From: Squalus acanthias
Lineage: Eukaryota
Length of the DNA: 64,000 nt
Reading direction: 5' to 3'
Assembly (NCBI GenBank): GCA_030390025.1
Contig: CM059432.1
Coordinates: forward strand, 121,584,001-121,648,000
The notes beneath the pieces were generated by a model. That model did no database searches and was not told the DNA's origin. It saw only the letters and a list, made by a program, of their open reading frames with translations. Shown here piece by piece: positions 1 to 11,377 of the stretch (its first letter is position 1; the number at the start of each line of letters is the position of its first letter). The position numbers were made by a program, and so were the translations under genes.

Positions 1-1275
1 AGTTAAAATACATATTAATCAGCCGAATGGCAAGCATATTCTTAAAACTGTCTCCACAGACAATCTCAAAAGATGTCCTGCAGGATACCGAAATGGAGGA
101 ACAATACAAGGTGCAGTCGTACACTGTCTTTCAAGATCCAGCTTGGAGCACGACACAGGAAATGGATGCAATCGAATTACTGATGACGGTCAGTCAGAAG
201 GTGTCGCCGACTCCTCCACACGATGCTTGGCAACGCCTCAGGAATTGGATTTGCGAAAAGCAACAACCGAAACAAGGAAAGATTAATGAGTTACTTCAAC
301 AAAGGAGGAAGACGCCGTGGATGAAGAAGAAATCAACTGAGCGCCTGGCAAGGCCTTTACGAAAACAAGAATCTGTACACACGCTGGATCGAAGGAACAG
401 TGTGTCAAGCTTCAGCTAGTTCCAAATGACGTCTCCTTGACTCGTATGGATAACTCACCTCTACGGAACGTACATCTGCCAATTGGACATTTTAAGTACA
501 TGTTGTTTCGCTACTTGAATGACTATGTACCTATCATCCTTTTAAATTGTGTTCAATTTAAAATAAGGCAAAACATTGTCCTAGGATGACTTAAATGGAA
601 TTTTCATGTAGCACATGATTGTGCATCTCATGAAATTAATGTGCTATTGTAACCTTATTAGTAACATTGACCAAACTCTGTCTAGAAGATCCAGTTTATT
701 TTTTGGTCAAGAGGGGTGTGTGAAGGAATACTTCATATTCATAAAAATACACCATTCTATGAAATAATTCTGACTTTATTAAACATGACAAACTGGGCTT
801 GGAAGTCTGAAAGCCTCAACAAGGAAAAGCTGTAAACAGAATACAGGCTTTTGAGATAAGATAAGTTGTTGACACTGAAACAATAGCCCTATTGAAGCAG
901 AGGGTTAGAGGTTCCCGAAAGTCTGCAGCTTGAAAAGAACACAATGGTATAACCCTGTTAAAGTGTCTTAAACCAACACTTCAAAATGAAACACAGAACA
1001 TTAAAGAATCATGTGCCTTTGTAAAAATGACATCAAGTAAAAGGAACACCTGCCGTCAAATCGTTTTTATGTTAAACTTAGAACACGGAGACAGGAGTCT
1101 GTGGTACGACCAGTTGAGGTAGCTAGGAAGACAATGATGTACCCGGTTGAGGTGTTTTTAATTTACATGTTGTAAAAAGATACAAACAGAAGACTTTGAT
1201 AAAAATGACATCAAATAGAACCACTGCCATCACATTGTTTTTGTGTTGGACTTGGAACACCTAGGAGACACAAAG
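1..1275 (+). mobile_element. Foamy-virus-like ERV fragment, copy 1 (integrase C-terminus, overlapping ORF, PPT, 5' part of LTR from 719)
   Basis: Near-identical direct repeat of 4404-5678 (offset 4403). Ends abruptly at a Harbinger-type terminus (GGGCTGGATTTT). Confidence 0.85.
27..419 (+). CDS. 130-aa hydrophilic ORF overlapping the pol 3' end (env-position remnant or accessory ORF), copy 1
   Basis: Open in both duplicates. Starts inside the integrase tail in another frame. No recognisable homology. Confidence 0.3.
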   Translation: MASIFLKLSPQTISKDVLQDTEMEEQYKVQSYTVFQDPAWSTTQEMDAIELLMTVSQKVSPTPPHDAWQRLRNWICEKQQPKQGKINELLQQRRKTPWMKKKSTERLARPLRKQESVHTLDRRNSVSSFS

Positions 1276-3200
1276 GGCTGGATTTTGTCTTGGGGTCGGG
1301 TTGGGGTCGTGTTACCCGCATTTCGTGTTGGCCCCCCCGACTCCAGATTAATGTGGATGAATGATGCGATTTTAACTTAATTGGGCAATTGAGTTCCAAC
1401 ATGTGGGAACCCATGGCCAATGAGTTATTCCAGTCTGAAAGTCGCCTCCGATGACGTCATCATTGCTGCTGCATTTAAGGTCTGCAACAAGCCTTGCTTC
1501 CTCTGCAGGCTGCCAAGCTTTTGGACCTCTAATCTAAAAACTTGCAGCAGGAATGGCCAGCCAACGGCTCAGGGCTGCTCCCAGGTTCCATGACGTTGCC
1601 CTTGGTGGAAGGAGCAAGAGCCAACAGGGAGGTGCTCTTCCCCTCCTCAGGGAGGAAGAAGCCTCCCCAGCAGACAAAGGCTGTGCGGGTCCAGATCGCC
1701 CAGGAGGTCACCTCCTTATCATTCACCTGCAGAACCTGGATCCAGTGCAGGAAGAGGTTTCATGACCTTCTACGTACTGCTAAAGTGAGTATGACTTTCC
1801 CTTCACCCTCAATCTGATCCCCATTGCCTCTCCTCACCAGCACTTAGCTTTACCAACCTCTTCCTCCATATCCCACTTGACACTGACATCCATGCACCCT
1901 TACCCATTCCCTCTCCCTCTATGGTCACATTCACCTTACTATTCGACTATGCAGCCCTCACACTCCCTATCACTGTCATGCTTTGAAAACAACTTACAAC
2001 ACACAGGGAGGGCCCTTAGTCTCGCCAGCGCAATCCATCTTTGTCTCCTTCTAAGCATCTATGCTATGGATTCTCTACACTCACTCCTTCAATCTCACTC
2101 AAACTCCACTTGTCTCCCTCATTGCAGGAAAAGAGAGCTCACAATAAAAGGGAAAGAGCCAGGACAGGAGGAGGGCCACCCTCATTAGCCCAGCTCACCC
2201 CCTGGGAGGATGCGGTCCTGGAGATCGTGGGCATAGAGGAGGAAACGCAAGTGGGGGACGGACAGACGTGTGCATCAGAGCAAGCTGGTGACTGAATAGT
2301 GTTCCATCTCTCTCATTGACATTGCATGAGTCGCTGATAATGAATCTGAAGCTCCAACAGATGGATTTATGATCATCTGCAATATGCAATGTGCATGTAA
2401 CCTTGGCATCACATCTCTGACTCTTTCCTTTACTCCCCCACAGGACTATCGCAAGCACCCGTCCCCACTAGCCAGGAGGAAGAGCCTGAGCAGACAGACT
2501 CCTCAGAGGAAGCTGCAACCTCTGAGAGCGCAGCGACAGCAGAACTCAGCGCACCCAGCACCAGTGCAGACACTCACACCTCGGTGGGACCCTCGGGACG
2601 TAGAGTAGTGTTGTCACCTGGTGTATCACAGCTCACAAGTGAGCATCAGCAGATGGTGGAGACAGGGACAACAGTGGAGATTCCTAGTCAGAGGGCGCAG
2701 GACTCTCCTAGCTCAGCTCAGCTGCATGTCTACCCTCTGCCTCTGGGTCCATCCATAAGATCAGTGGTGCTGGGACTCCAGGAACAGATGCAGGAGTCTC
2801 TGACAGGTTTTGTCTCCAGGGTCGCTGCGAGTGTGGAGCGAATGTAGGAGTCCATAGCGAACATCAGCAGAGCCTTTGTGGAGTCATTGGCGCATGAACG
2901 CATCAGCACGAAAAGGATGGCAACCTCCGTGGAAAGGATGGCTACAGTAGATTAGAGGATGGCTACGGCTATGGAGGAGATAAGTCGCCAGAGTGCAGAA
3001 AACATGGTCATTGTTCAGAATAGACTGGCATCTCTTGAGGAGCGATGGTCATCTATTGAACAGAGAAACCAGATCTTCATGGAAGTCCTTCTGAGTAGGA
3101 CTTCCAGTGCAGATGCGGGTCCCCATGGCCCCCCTGATTTGCAGCAAGGTGCTCTCAAGCCACTTGCAAGCGCTGAGGTGGACCTGACCCATGAGAGGGA
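1275..3200 (+). mobile_element. Truncated PIF/Harbinger transposon with degenerate Myb/SANT-like gene (exons ~1553-1784, 2128-2287, 2444-~3200)
   Basis: Terminus GGGCTGGATTTT. Peptide APRF...QCRKRFHDLLRTAK followed by GTGAGT donor; exon 2 EKRAHNKRERARTGGGPP. Frameshifts and stops present. Confidence 0.8.
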
Positions 3201-3204
3201 TGTT

Positions 3205-4689
3205 GGTGGCACACAAGAAGTAAGACAAACAAGCAAAACGTTCGGTCTGCGTGACACCCGCTCGAGAGGGGCCTGCCAATATTAGTGTAATCACTAGGGC
3301 AGAACGGGCAGCTAATGAGGATGAGGAACTGATTCAGCTATTAGACCCAGCAAAAGAGAATCCACCAAGATATCGACCAAAGTACTTTTACTCGGAAACC
3401 CCTACGGGTATTGTGCTAGTTAAGTTGCCCAAGGGAAACCGAGAAGTACCCCCGAGACACAAATGAGAACAGCTTGTAAAAGAAGCTCACGAGGGCATAA
3501 GTCAAGCACATTGTGGCGCCAGAACAACATTCTGCAAATTGACCCCCTTAAGGCCTGTAAAACATACGTGGCATATTGTGAGCCATGCTATTTAACCAAT
3601 AAGTCATCACTAATTAAGCCACCACCATTGGCTCCTGTGAAAGCCGATGAGCCAATGAGAAAATTATTTATTGAATTTATTGGACCACTTCCCCCGTCTT
3701 TGGGATACAGGCATGTTCTCGTTTGTGTAGATTGATGCACTTCCTTCTGCTGGCTGGTCCCCACAAAAACTGTTTCGGAAAACGCACTAGCTAAGGCTAT
3801 TTCTGACATAATTACTGTAGCTGGTGCACCCAAAATCTTACACTCCGTTAAAGGTGGAGCCTTTGTCTCCAAGGTCTTCAAAGACTACTGCGAATAAAGG
3901 GGGATTGGCTTAGAGCACAGCACACCACGTCATCCGCAATCAGCGGGGCTGGTGGAACGTAAAAACCAGGAAGTAAAAAAGCTATTGGTCAAACTGTTGA
4001 GAATCAGGGGGAATAAGTGGACCACCATCATTCCGGAAGTGCAGCTATCACTTAATAATGTGCCTGCATCTGCATCAGGGACAGTGTCCCCTAAAACTTC
4101 ATATTATCTGATGTATGTGGTTGAGATGAATACACCGCTTACCCATAGTTCTTTTATTGCCTCTATACTCTCTGAGTCCTTGACCCGACAGCGACAGTTA
4201 GATTTAAAAAAAGAAGTAACAGAGGAGATTCATCAAATTGATCAGAGGATAAAGGAGGCAAATATGCAGAAAAAATTGACAAACAAAGCATAGCAACCTC
4301 TAGTAGGACAATGGGTACAGGAAAAGAAGATCGAGCAAAAACCTGGTTTAAGACCGAAGTGGAAAAAACCTGTTCAAATACATACTGTTATTAACGAAAG
4401 AACAGTTAAAATACATATTAATCAGCCGAATGGCAAGCATATTCTTAAAACTGTCTCCACAGACAATCTCAAAAGATGTCCTGCAGGATACCGAAATGGA
4501 GGAACAATACAAGGTGCAGTCGTACACTGTCTTTCAAGATCCAGCTTGGAGCACGACACAGGAAATGGATCCAATCGAATTACTGATGACGGTCAGTCAG
4601 AAGGTGTCGCCGACTCCTCCACACGATGCTTGGCAGTGCCTCAGGAATTGGATTTGCGAAAAGCAACAACCGAAACAAGGAAAGATTAA
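3205..4689 (+). pseudogene. pol: Foamy-virus-like pol remnant (RNase H end plus integrase)
   Basis: FIEFIGPLPPSLGYRHVLVCVD, STPRHPQSAGLVERKNQEVKKLLVKLL, VQLSLNN and VGQWVQEK..GLRPKWKKPVQIHTVINERTVKI..TVSTDNLK are colinear with spumavirus integrase motifs. Multiple stops and frameshifts; catalytic Asp residues altered. Confidence 0.88.
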
Positions 4690-4822
4690 CGAGTTACTTC
4701 AACAAAGGAGGAAGACGCCGTGGATGAAGAAGAAATCAACTGAGCGCCTGGCAAGGCCTTTACGAAAACAAGAATCTGTATACACGCTGGATCGAAGGAA
4801 CAGTGTGTCAAGCTTCAGCTAG
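4430..4822 (+). CDS. 130-aa ORF overlapping the pol 3' end, copy 2
   Basis: Duplicate of 27-419 with 3 aa differences. Confidence 0.3.
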   Translation: MASIFLKLSPQTISKDVLQDTEMEEQYKVQSYTVFQDPAWSTTQEMDPIELLMTVSQKVSPTPPHDAWQCLRNWICEKQQPKQGKINELLQQRRKTPWMKKKSTERLARPLRKQESVYTLDRRNSVSSFS

Positions 4823-5111
4823 TTCCAAATGATGTCTCCTTGACTCGTATGGATAACTCACCTCTACGGAATGTACATCTGCCAATTGGACATTTTAAGT
4901 ACATGTTGTTTCGCTACTTGAATGACTATGTACCTATCATCCTTTTAAATTGTGTTCAATTTAAAATAAGGCAAAACATTGTCCTAGGATGACTTAAATG
5001 GAATTTTCATGTAGCACATGATTGTGCATCTCATGAAATTAATGTGCTATTGTAACCTTATTAGTAACATTGACCAAACTCTGTCTAGAAGATCCAGTTT
5101 ATTTTTTGGTC

Positions 5112-5119
5112 AAGAGGGG
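5112..5119 (+). promoter_or_regulatory. Polypurine tract of foamy-like ERV
   Basis: U-rich run, then AAGAGGGG, 2 nt before the LTR start TGTGA. Confidence 0.75.
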
Positions 5120-5121
5120 TG

Positions 5122-6573
5122 TGTGAAGGAATACTTCATATTCATAAAAATACACCATTCTATGAAATAATTCTGACTTTATTAAACATGACAAACTGGG
5201 CTTGGAAGTCTGAAAGCCTCAACAAGGAAAAGCTGTAAACAGAATACAGGCTTTTGAGATAAGATAAGTTGTTGACACTGAAACAATAGCCCTATTGAAG
5301 CAGAGGGTTAGAGGTTCCCGAAAGTCTGCAGCTTGAAAAGAACACAATGGTATAACCCTGTTAAAGTGTCTTAAACCAACACTTCAAAATGAAACACAGA
5401 ACATTAAAGAATCATGTGCCTTTGTAAAAATGACATCAAGTAAAAGGAACACCTGCCGTCAAATCGTTTTTATGTTAAACTTAGAACACGGAGACAGGAG
5501 TCTGTGGTACGACCAGTTGAGGTAGCTAGGAAGACAATGATGTACCCGGTTGAGGTGTTTTTAATTTACATGTTGTAAAAAGATACAAACAGAAGACTTT
5601 GATAAAAATGACATCAAATAGAACCACTGCCATCACATTGTTTTTGTGTTGGACTTGGAACACCTAGGAGACACAAAGTCTGTAATACAACCAGCTGAGG
5701 TGACTTAATAATTGAATAGAAGACTTTCGTAAGAATGGCATCAAATAGATGCACCTGTTGCAACCGTTTTTTATGATAAGCTAGAAACACCTAAAGGAGG
5801 CGACATAATTCTGCAAGCTCCAAATTGAACTAACTGTAAGAATAGCAGGGGTCAACAGAAAAATGACTAGAGATAATTAGCTTACATCAGCAGAAAACGT
5901 CAAAGGATATACCATTGGGAAAGAGTATAAATATAGAACTTTCAAATAGGAAGACAGAATTCGCTGGAAGGGGCAAAGCGATTCTCAGACTTCAGAGGCA
6001 AGCTCTGTAAGTTTTCAACTCTTTAAGTCTCGGGAATCAAAGGTATTTGATTTTGGTGGATATTCTGGAATAGACTAAGAAATGTAAAAATGTAACAAAG
6101 TTAAGATTTGAGAATAAGGATCTCTGATGATAAGAATTGTAAGCTTTTTGTATTTGGAACTGTTAAAGTTGCGATTGAATCAACAACTGTAAACTACATG
6201 TCGGTTCTTTAATAAATCTATATATATTTTTTTAGAATTGTCTCAAACAGTACTTCTGTATCAAACTCATGAACTCAATCTCTGTACACTCTTTGTTGAG
6301 GAGTTGCAGAATTTTGGGCGAGTTTTCCGGACCCTCATGATATCCGGAAGGTTACAGTCTAGCTAAACTTATTAAAAGTGCTATCTGGAGGACGGTAACA
6401 TCTTCAAGTCGTTCCTTTCCTTTAGGGAGAGATAGTCTGGACCTTTAGACCCAATTAAGCATCTTTAGGATCCGGCTACCTCTAATTTTAGTTGAAGGTG
6501 AACGTCTGGGGAATAAGCCTGATCCGGGTTAGCCCGAAAAGGGCTAAGACTAGTAATAATCCTTTCAATCACA
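5122..6573 (+). mobile_element. 3' LTR of foamy-like ERV (~1450 bp)
   Basis: TGTGA...TCACA terminal inverted repeat, TATAAA at ~5926, AATAAA at ~6211. Harbinger coding sequence resumes right after it. Confidence 0.8.
5426..5800 (+). repeat. Three imperfect direct repeats in U3
   Basis: Units begin AAAAATGACATCAA / AAAAATGACATCAA / AAGAATGGCATCAA at ~5426, ~5603 and ~5731, with shared downstream blocks. Confidence 0.7.
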
Positions 6574-8236
6574 TGCGGCATCAGTTCTGGGTCACCACGC
6601 TCTCTCTTGGAGTCCACCATTCTTTGCAGACTGCAAATGATGGGCTCCATGGTGTGCGCAGAACTCTGTGCAATGTTGGAGGCAAACTCTTCCACGCTCC
6701 TTACCATTCGCGACAGGCTCTCAGGCACCCTTGCCATTGCACCTATCATCTCCGTGTGCATGTCCATCACTCTTCTTCTAAAGGCAACCCCGTCGAGGTC
6801 AGCATTTGAGTCCTGTGCAGCAGAACTCATGCGCGAACTCGCTCTCCAGGGAGCTGGCCCCCAAGCTACCCTTTCCCCCTGGCCTTGCTGCAGCCCACTC
6901 GTCCCTGGTGCTTCACCCTGTGTTGATCCTGCTACTATACTAGCCTCTAAAGAACGCGCAGTGCCAGTATCTGAGCTGGTGCCTGCGGGTGAGACACGTA
7001 GCGATGCGGTATGTTCTTCCTCCTCCTCTTCTCCCGCCCCGCTCTCAACGGTACCATCTGGGACAGGCTGCTCAGGTGCTTGCTCATTATCTGAAAGCAT
7101 AAAGGCACAATAGTCGGGTTAAGGTGAGGGGAGTGGGGCAGAAAGGGAGAAATGCATGCATACAGCATGATTAGCTGGAAAGTGGGAAAGGCTTGTGGGG
7201 TGAGGGGGAAGTGGGATATGAGAAGAAGAAGTAGGGATGAACATACCATTGTTGTCCCCAAGGGGATCAACGTTGCCAGTGGCCATGTTGCTCACCACCT
7301 GGTGCCCAATGATTTGCAGCACTCTTTCCTCCAGCGCACACAGTGGTTGGGTGTCAGGTTGTCCCCCGCCTGTGCGCTCCTGCTCCCTCCTATTGTGAGC
7401 GACCTTGGCCTGCAAGAGAGAGGAAAGTGTGTGAGTGAATGGGGAGCAATGTGTTTGGGAGATGTGCCTGCCATAGTTGAATAGCTGTCATTGTGTGCAA
7501 GGTGTGAGATGTGGGTGTGAGTGTTGGTAGGTAGAGATTGTTGGTGGGTGAGTGCTGGGGGTGTGGTGCTTTGAGCAGTGTGTGCAGACTGAGGTACAGA
7601 TGGTGGTATGTAGCATTTGTTGAAGCATTGACTCACCCTGACCACCCGAGTGAGGTCATTAAATTTCTTCCTGCACTGTGTGTGGGTACTGGGCACCACA
7701 GTGCTGCCCGAGACGTGCGGCGCTGCCTCCCTCCACATGGCGCGGAAGACTTGTGGCGAGGGCCTCCTGCCACTTGCCGGGTACAGCACCGCCCTCCGTC
7801 TCTCCACAGCGAAGGTCAACGCCTCCAATGCTTGTTCGCAGAATCTGCGAGCTCTGTCCCTGGGCCATTGATCTGCCATAATGACACCTCCTTCAGTGGC
7901 CCGCTTCCTTCTCGTTGGCCTTCGGATGCTTGCTGAGATAGTTGTAGAACCAGCAATGTTGAGAATTAGGTTCTGCAGCATGATTGAACCTGCCCTTTAA
8001 GAACTGGAAAGAGCCTGTGACAATGATGACTGTGACTAGACTGCACCTGATATTGGCAGTGCTTTGAGTCTAACGCCAATGAGCTAGGTCAATAGTGCTT
8101 GATTTAGCGCTCCCATCCTTTCTTTGAGCGCTAACACTTAATTTAGGGTGCAGCGAGATTCATTAGCGCCTGGCGCTAAATCTCAAACTTTTCCAACATT
8201 AGCGCCCACTCCTGGGTTAAAATGAATTTCTCCCCC
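6574..8236 (-). mobile_element. Harbinger transposon half with Myb/SANT-like gene (exons 7879-7637, 7409-7247, 7090-6574), interrupted by the foamy-like ERV
   Basis: TIR GGGGGAGAAATTCA at 8236. Peptide RARRFCEQALEAL...QCRKKFNDLTRVVR. Canonical GT-AG sites at the same positions as in the 19.8-kb gene. Confidence 0.88.
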
Positions 8237-8387
8237 ACAGAGTATAGAAAAGCTCCAGAGAGGGACATTGGAAAAAGTAAGAGGGAGCATGAGAGAAAAT
8301 GAGCAAATAACATAAAGGGCAATAAAAAGATTTTCTTTTGGTACACAGGTAGTAATAGAATAGTCAAGGTGATGGTGGGGTTTCTGA

Positions 8388-9280
8388 GGGGGAAAAATTC
8401 AGTTGGTTGCGCCTCCCATTAGCGCCTTAAGAGGGCGCTAATGGGGCGCAATGCATCTAGCGCCCAGGCGCGGCGATGTTTGCGCCGCTCGCAAAATTAA
8501 CTAGACATTTTGCAGCAGCGCTAAATACTACCGCCACGATCTCCTGCGCCGGCAGATCGTGACGTCAGTCGAGTGCGCAATGCCCCGGTATCGCCCCGGA
8601 GCGGATATTGAGTGGCGCCCCCTGCCTTACCGCCTGACGCTAGCAACAACAGGTTGAGGGGAGCGTTCTGCAGTCATGAAGGGAAAGGGGGAGCGCTATT
8701 TAAAGATGACCGCTTCCTGCCTTTTATTGTTGGTGCCATTTTTGAACTACGCATTCTGAGAGAGAGAGAGAGAGACTTCTGGAGAGATTCAACGTTGTGT
8801 GAAGGAGTTTTGGGTACTGAGCAGCACTTTGCAGGTTCATTTTGATTTACCATTCCTTGTATCGATTTAGAAAAGACTGTGGGGGCTGCACTCTGAGCTC
8901 TTTGCCTGGTACTCTCCATTGTTCTTTCCAGCAGATTTGATGTGCAGGTCTCTCCAGGCTGAGATTCAAGGCTGCAATGAGCAGGATGTGGATGGAAAGC
9001 AAGATTAACCATCCCCTTTAAGAACTGGCCCGTGCCATTGTGTGTGTGCTCCATTGCTGACTGACATTACATGAGCTTCGCCAGCGCTCTGAGGTAGCGC
9101 CTCGCTCCTCAGCCTTTGCGCCTTAAGACAGGTGTGTAGCGCCTGATTTAGCGCTCCAATCACCTCCAGGGGCGATAAAAGTCAAGTTTGCAGGCGGTGG
9201 CGATAATTAGCGCCAGGCGCTAATCTTTGCGCACGGCCGATAATTGCGCCTCAAATGGGGCGATACTGAATTTCTCCCCC
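8388..9280. mobile_element. Non-autonomous Harbinger (MITE-like internal-deletion derivative related to 19467-24050, inverted relative to it)
   Basis: TIRs GGGGGAAAAATTCAG / CTGAATTTCTCCCCC; flanks TGA/TAA. Both ends match the termini of the full element. Confidence 0.9.
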
Positions 9281-9337
9281 TAAGAGTTTAATGAGACAAA
9301 CTTGTAGTGGAACATGAAGGAATTGCAGAAATACTAA

Positions 9338-10793
9338 GGGGGCTAAATTGGATAGCCCCCGAAAACAGGCGCAGGGATCGCGATGCGCGATTAACCCGTG
9401 CCTGTTCATTTAAATGCAGGCAGCAAACCAACTTCATGCTGCCCGCTCATTATAATGATTTCTAAGTGCGCCAGCAATAATCACGCTGTTCATTGGCTGC
9501 ACACATCAGCAGGGGACCCAAAATCGTAACTTCCGAGCACTACTTAAAGCTAGCCTGCACTGCTTAAAGCTAGCCTGCACCTCTTAAAGGTTTGCCGCAG
9601 AATGAAGGATTAATGACGGCTGCCAAGATATCGGGCATTGACCTGCATGATTCTCTGCCTATGATCGCACACCAGCTAGATGTTATGGGAATGGAAACCC
9701 TTTCAGTTCCAGTATATGGCAGAGTTGACATGCGGCGACCGCAAAGCGATGTGCATGCAGTCAATGACACCCGGCGCAACGGGGAAGCCTGCAATCCGAG
9801 CAAAGCCATGTGCTCGCTCTGCCTGCTGGTCTCCGGCAAGAGAGAATTAAATGTATTCACCTCGCTTTAAATACAGAGCCTCAGTGACCTACCTCACGCA
9901 ACCTTGGTTGGCAAACTGCAAGATGTTGCAAATATCTCCAGCTGCAGCCCGAAAGGAGCCAGACACACAAAAGTTCATCGCCACAGCCACTGGCACTACG
10001 GTCCTTTCCCTGCTCTGAGGTTGCAGTTGTGGCTGCAGCAGGTGCCAGGTTTCAGTGAGGTCTTCCTTATTGAAGCGCAGACGTCTCACTCACTGTTCCT
10101 CGCTGAGGTTCAGGCAGGTGAATTGCTCCCTGAACACCCTGGGCAGATACAGCCTCCTGCTGAGAGCCCTTCTCCCCCTCCTCCTCCTCCTCCTCCTCCC
10201 TCTTCCAGCAGCTTGTCCTGCTCTGCGTGGCCTCTGCTCATTCTCCCAGTCATGCTCTATTCCAAGGGGAAGGCCTACCAGTGCATTCGTGTCTGGGAGC
10301 AAATGGTTTGTGCAGAAGCCTTGAAGTCAGCAACAAGTCCTTCAGCACCTGCCACACCACTCCCTGTAGACTTTTGTAACTTTAAAGAACTATGGAAAAC
10401 ACCAAACACTTGTAGAATCATAGCAACAGTCAGAAGAAATCAACCAGCAACTGACCTGTAAGTAGTTGATGATCCCTTTAAATAGCGCTGGTGGGGGGCC
10501 CTTCATGCTGCTTAACATCGTGTTCAGCTGTACGAGGTTAATAAGGACTATGAGCTCCAAAATGGCAGCGCTGGTGTCAAATCAGCATTGCACGCTGATT
10601 GATGTCATGATCTGCCTGCTCTGCATACTTCCGGCAGACGTTAGCTGCACGCATCTAACGCCCTCACCAATATTACATCTGGCGCAATTCGCGGCAGAAG
10701 TGTAGTTACGTGTATGTGCGGACTCCATTTTGGTCCCTGAATGGCATACGTAGCGCCCAAACAACGGGCACTACCGAGCCCAGTTTCACGCCC
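9338..10793 (-). mobile_element. Non-autonomous Harbinger with transposase N-terminal remnant (~9735-10302)
   Basis: TAA target duplication (9335-9337 / 10794-10796) and imperfect TIRs. Peptides YLPRVFREQFTCLNLSEEQ*..RRLRF and AMNFCVSGSFRAAAGDICNI. Confidence 0.82.
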
Positions 10794-11377
10794 TAAATAA
10801 ATACTTTACCTCACCTTTTAGCGGTGGTCGATATTGGGATTGCAGAACCATCAAAGATGGGTGCGGAACTGTTAGTGGAGGTTATTATTCGAAGAGAAAC
10901 GGAGCTGAATAAGTTACTCCAAGTTAGGGAGACAAATCACAGGTTTATACACAAGGATCTTGAGGAGAAAGTATGTTCTGATTCTAATTTTTCAACATAC
11001 TGCAGGAAGGGAAATTGTGCCAAAGAACTGGACGAGGGTAAATGTGAATCCCCTCTTCAGAAAATGAGTCTGGAATAAGCAAAGAAAGTATAGACCAGTT
11101 AATCGTACTTAAGGGGTTGGTACACTGCTAGAGCCTATAAGGTAGAATTAAATTATTAAGCATTTGGAGAAACATAAGTGAATGAAGGCCAGTCACTATG
11201 GATTTTTTCGGCCTTGCAGAATTCTTTGAATGTACAACAGTGAGGATAGATAAAAGTAGTGCACTGGATGTGGTTTTAATGGATTTTCAACAAGCATTTG
11301 ATAAGATATCACAGTAGAGACCATGGTAAAGATGATGATACATGGAATTAAGGGGGTTTGTCTTCGTGCATAGAGAG

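Noticed and set aside
4315..4332. Central PPT of the foamy-like element
   Set aside because: Purine-rich at the expected VQE position but does not match the 3' PPT; insufficient evidence.
6465..7100. 211-aa ORF as a complete gene
   Set aside because: Chimera of Harbinger Myb exon 3 running into antisense LTR sequence.
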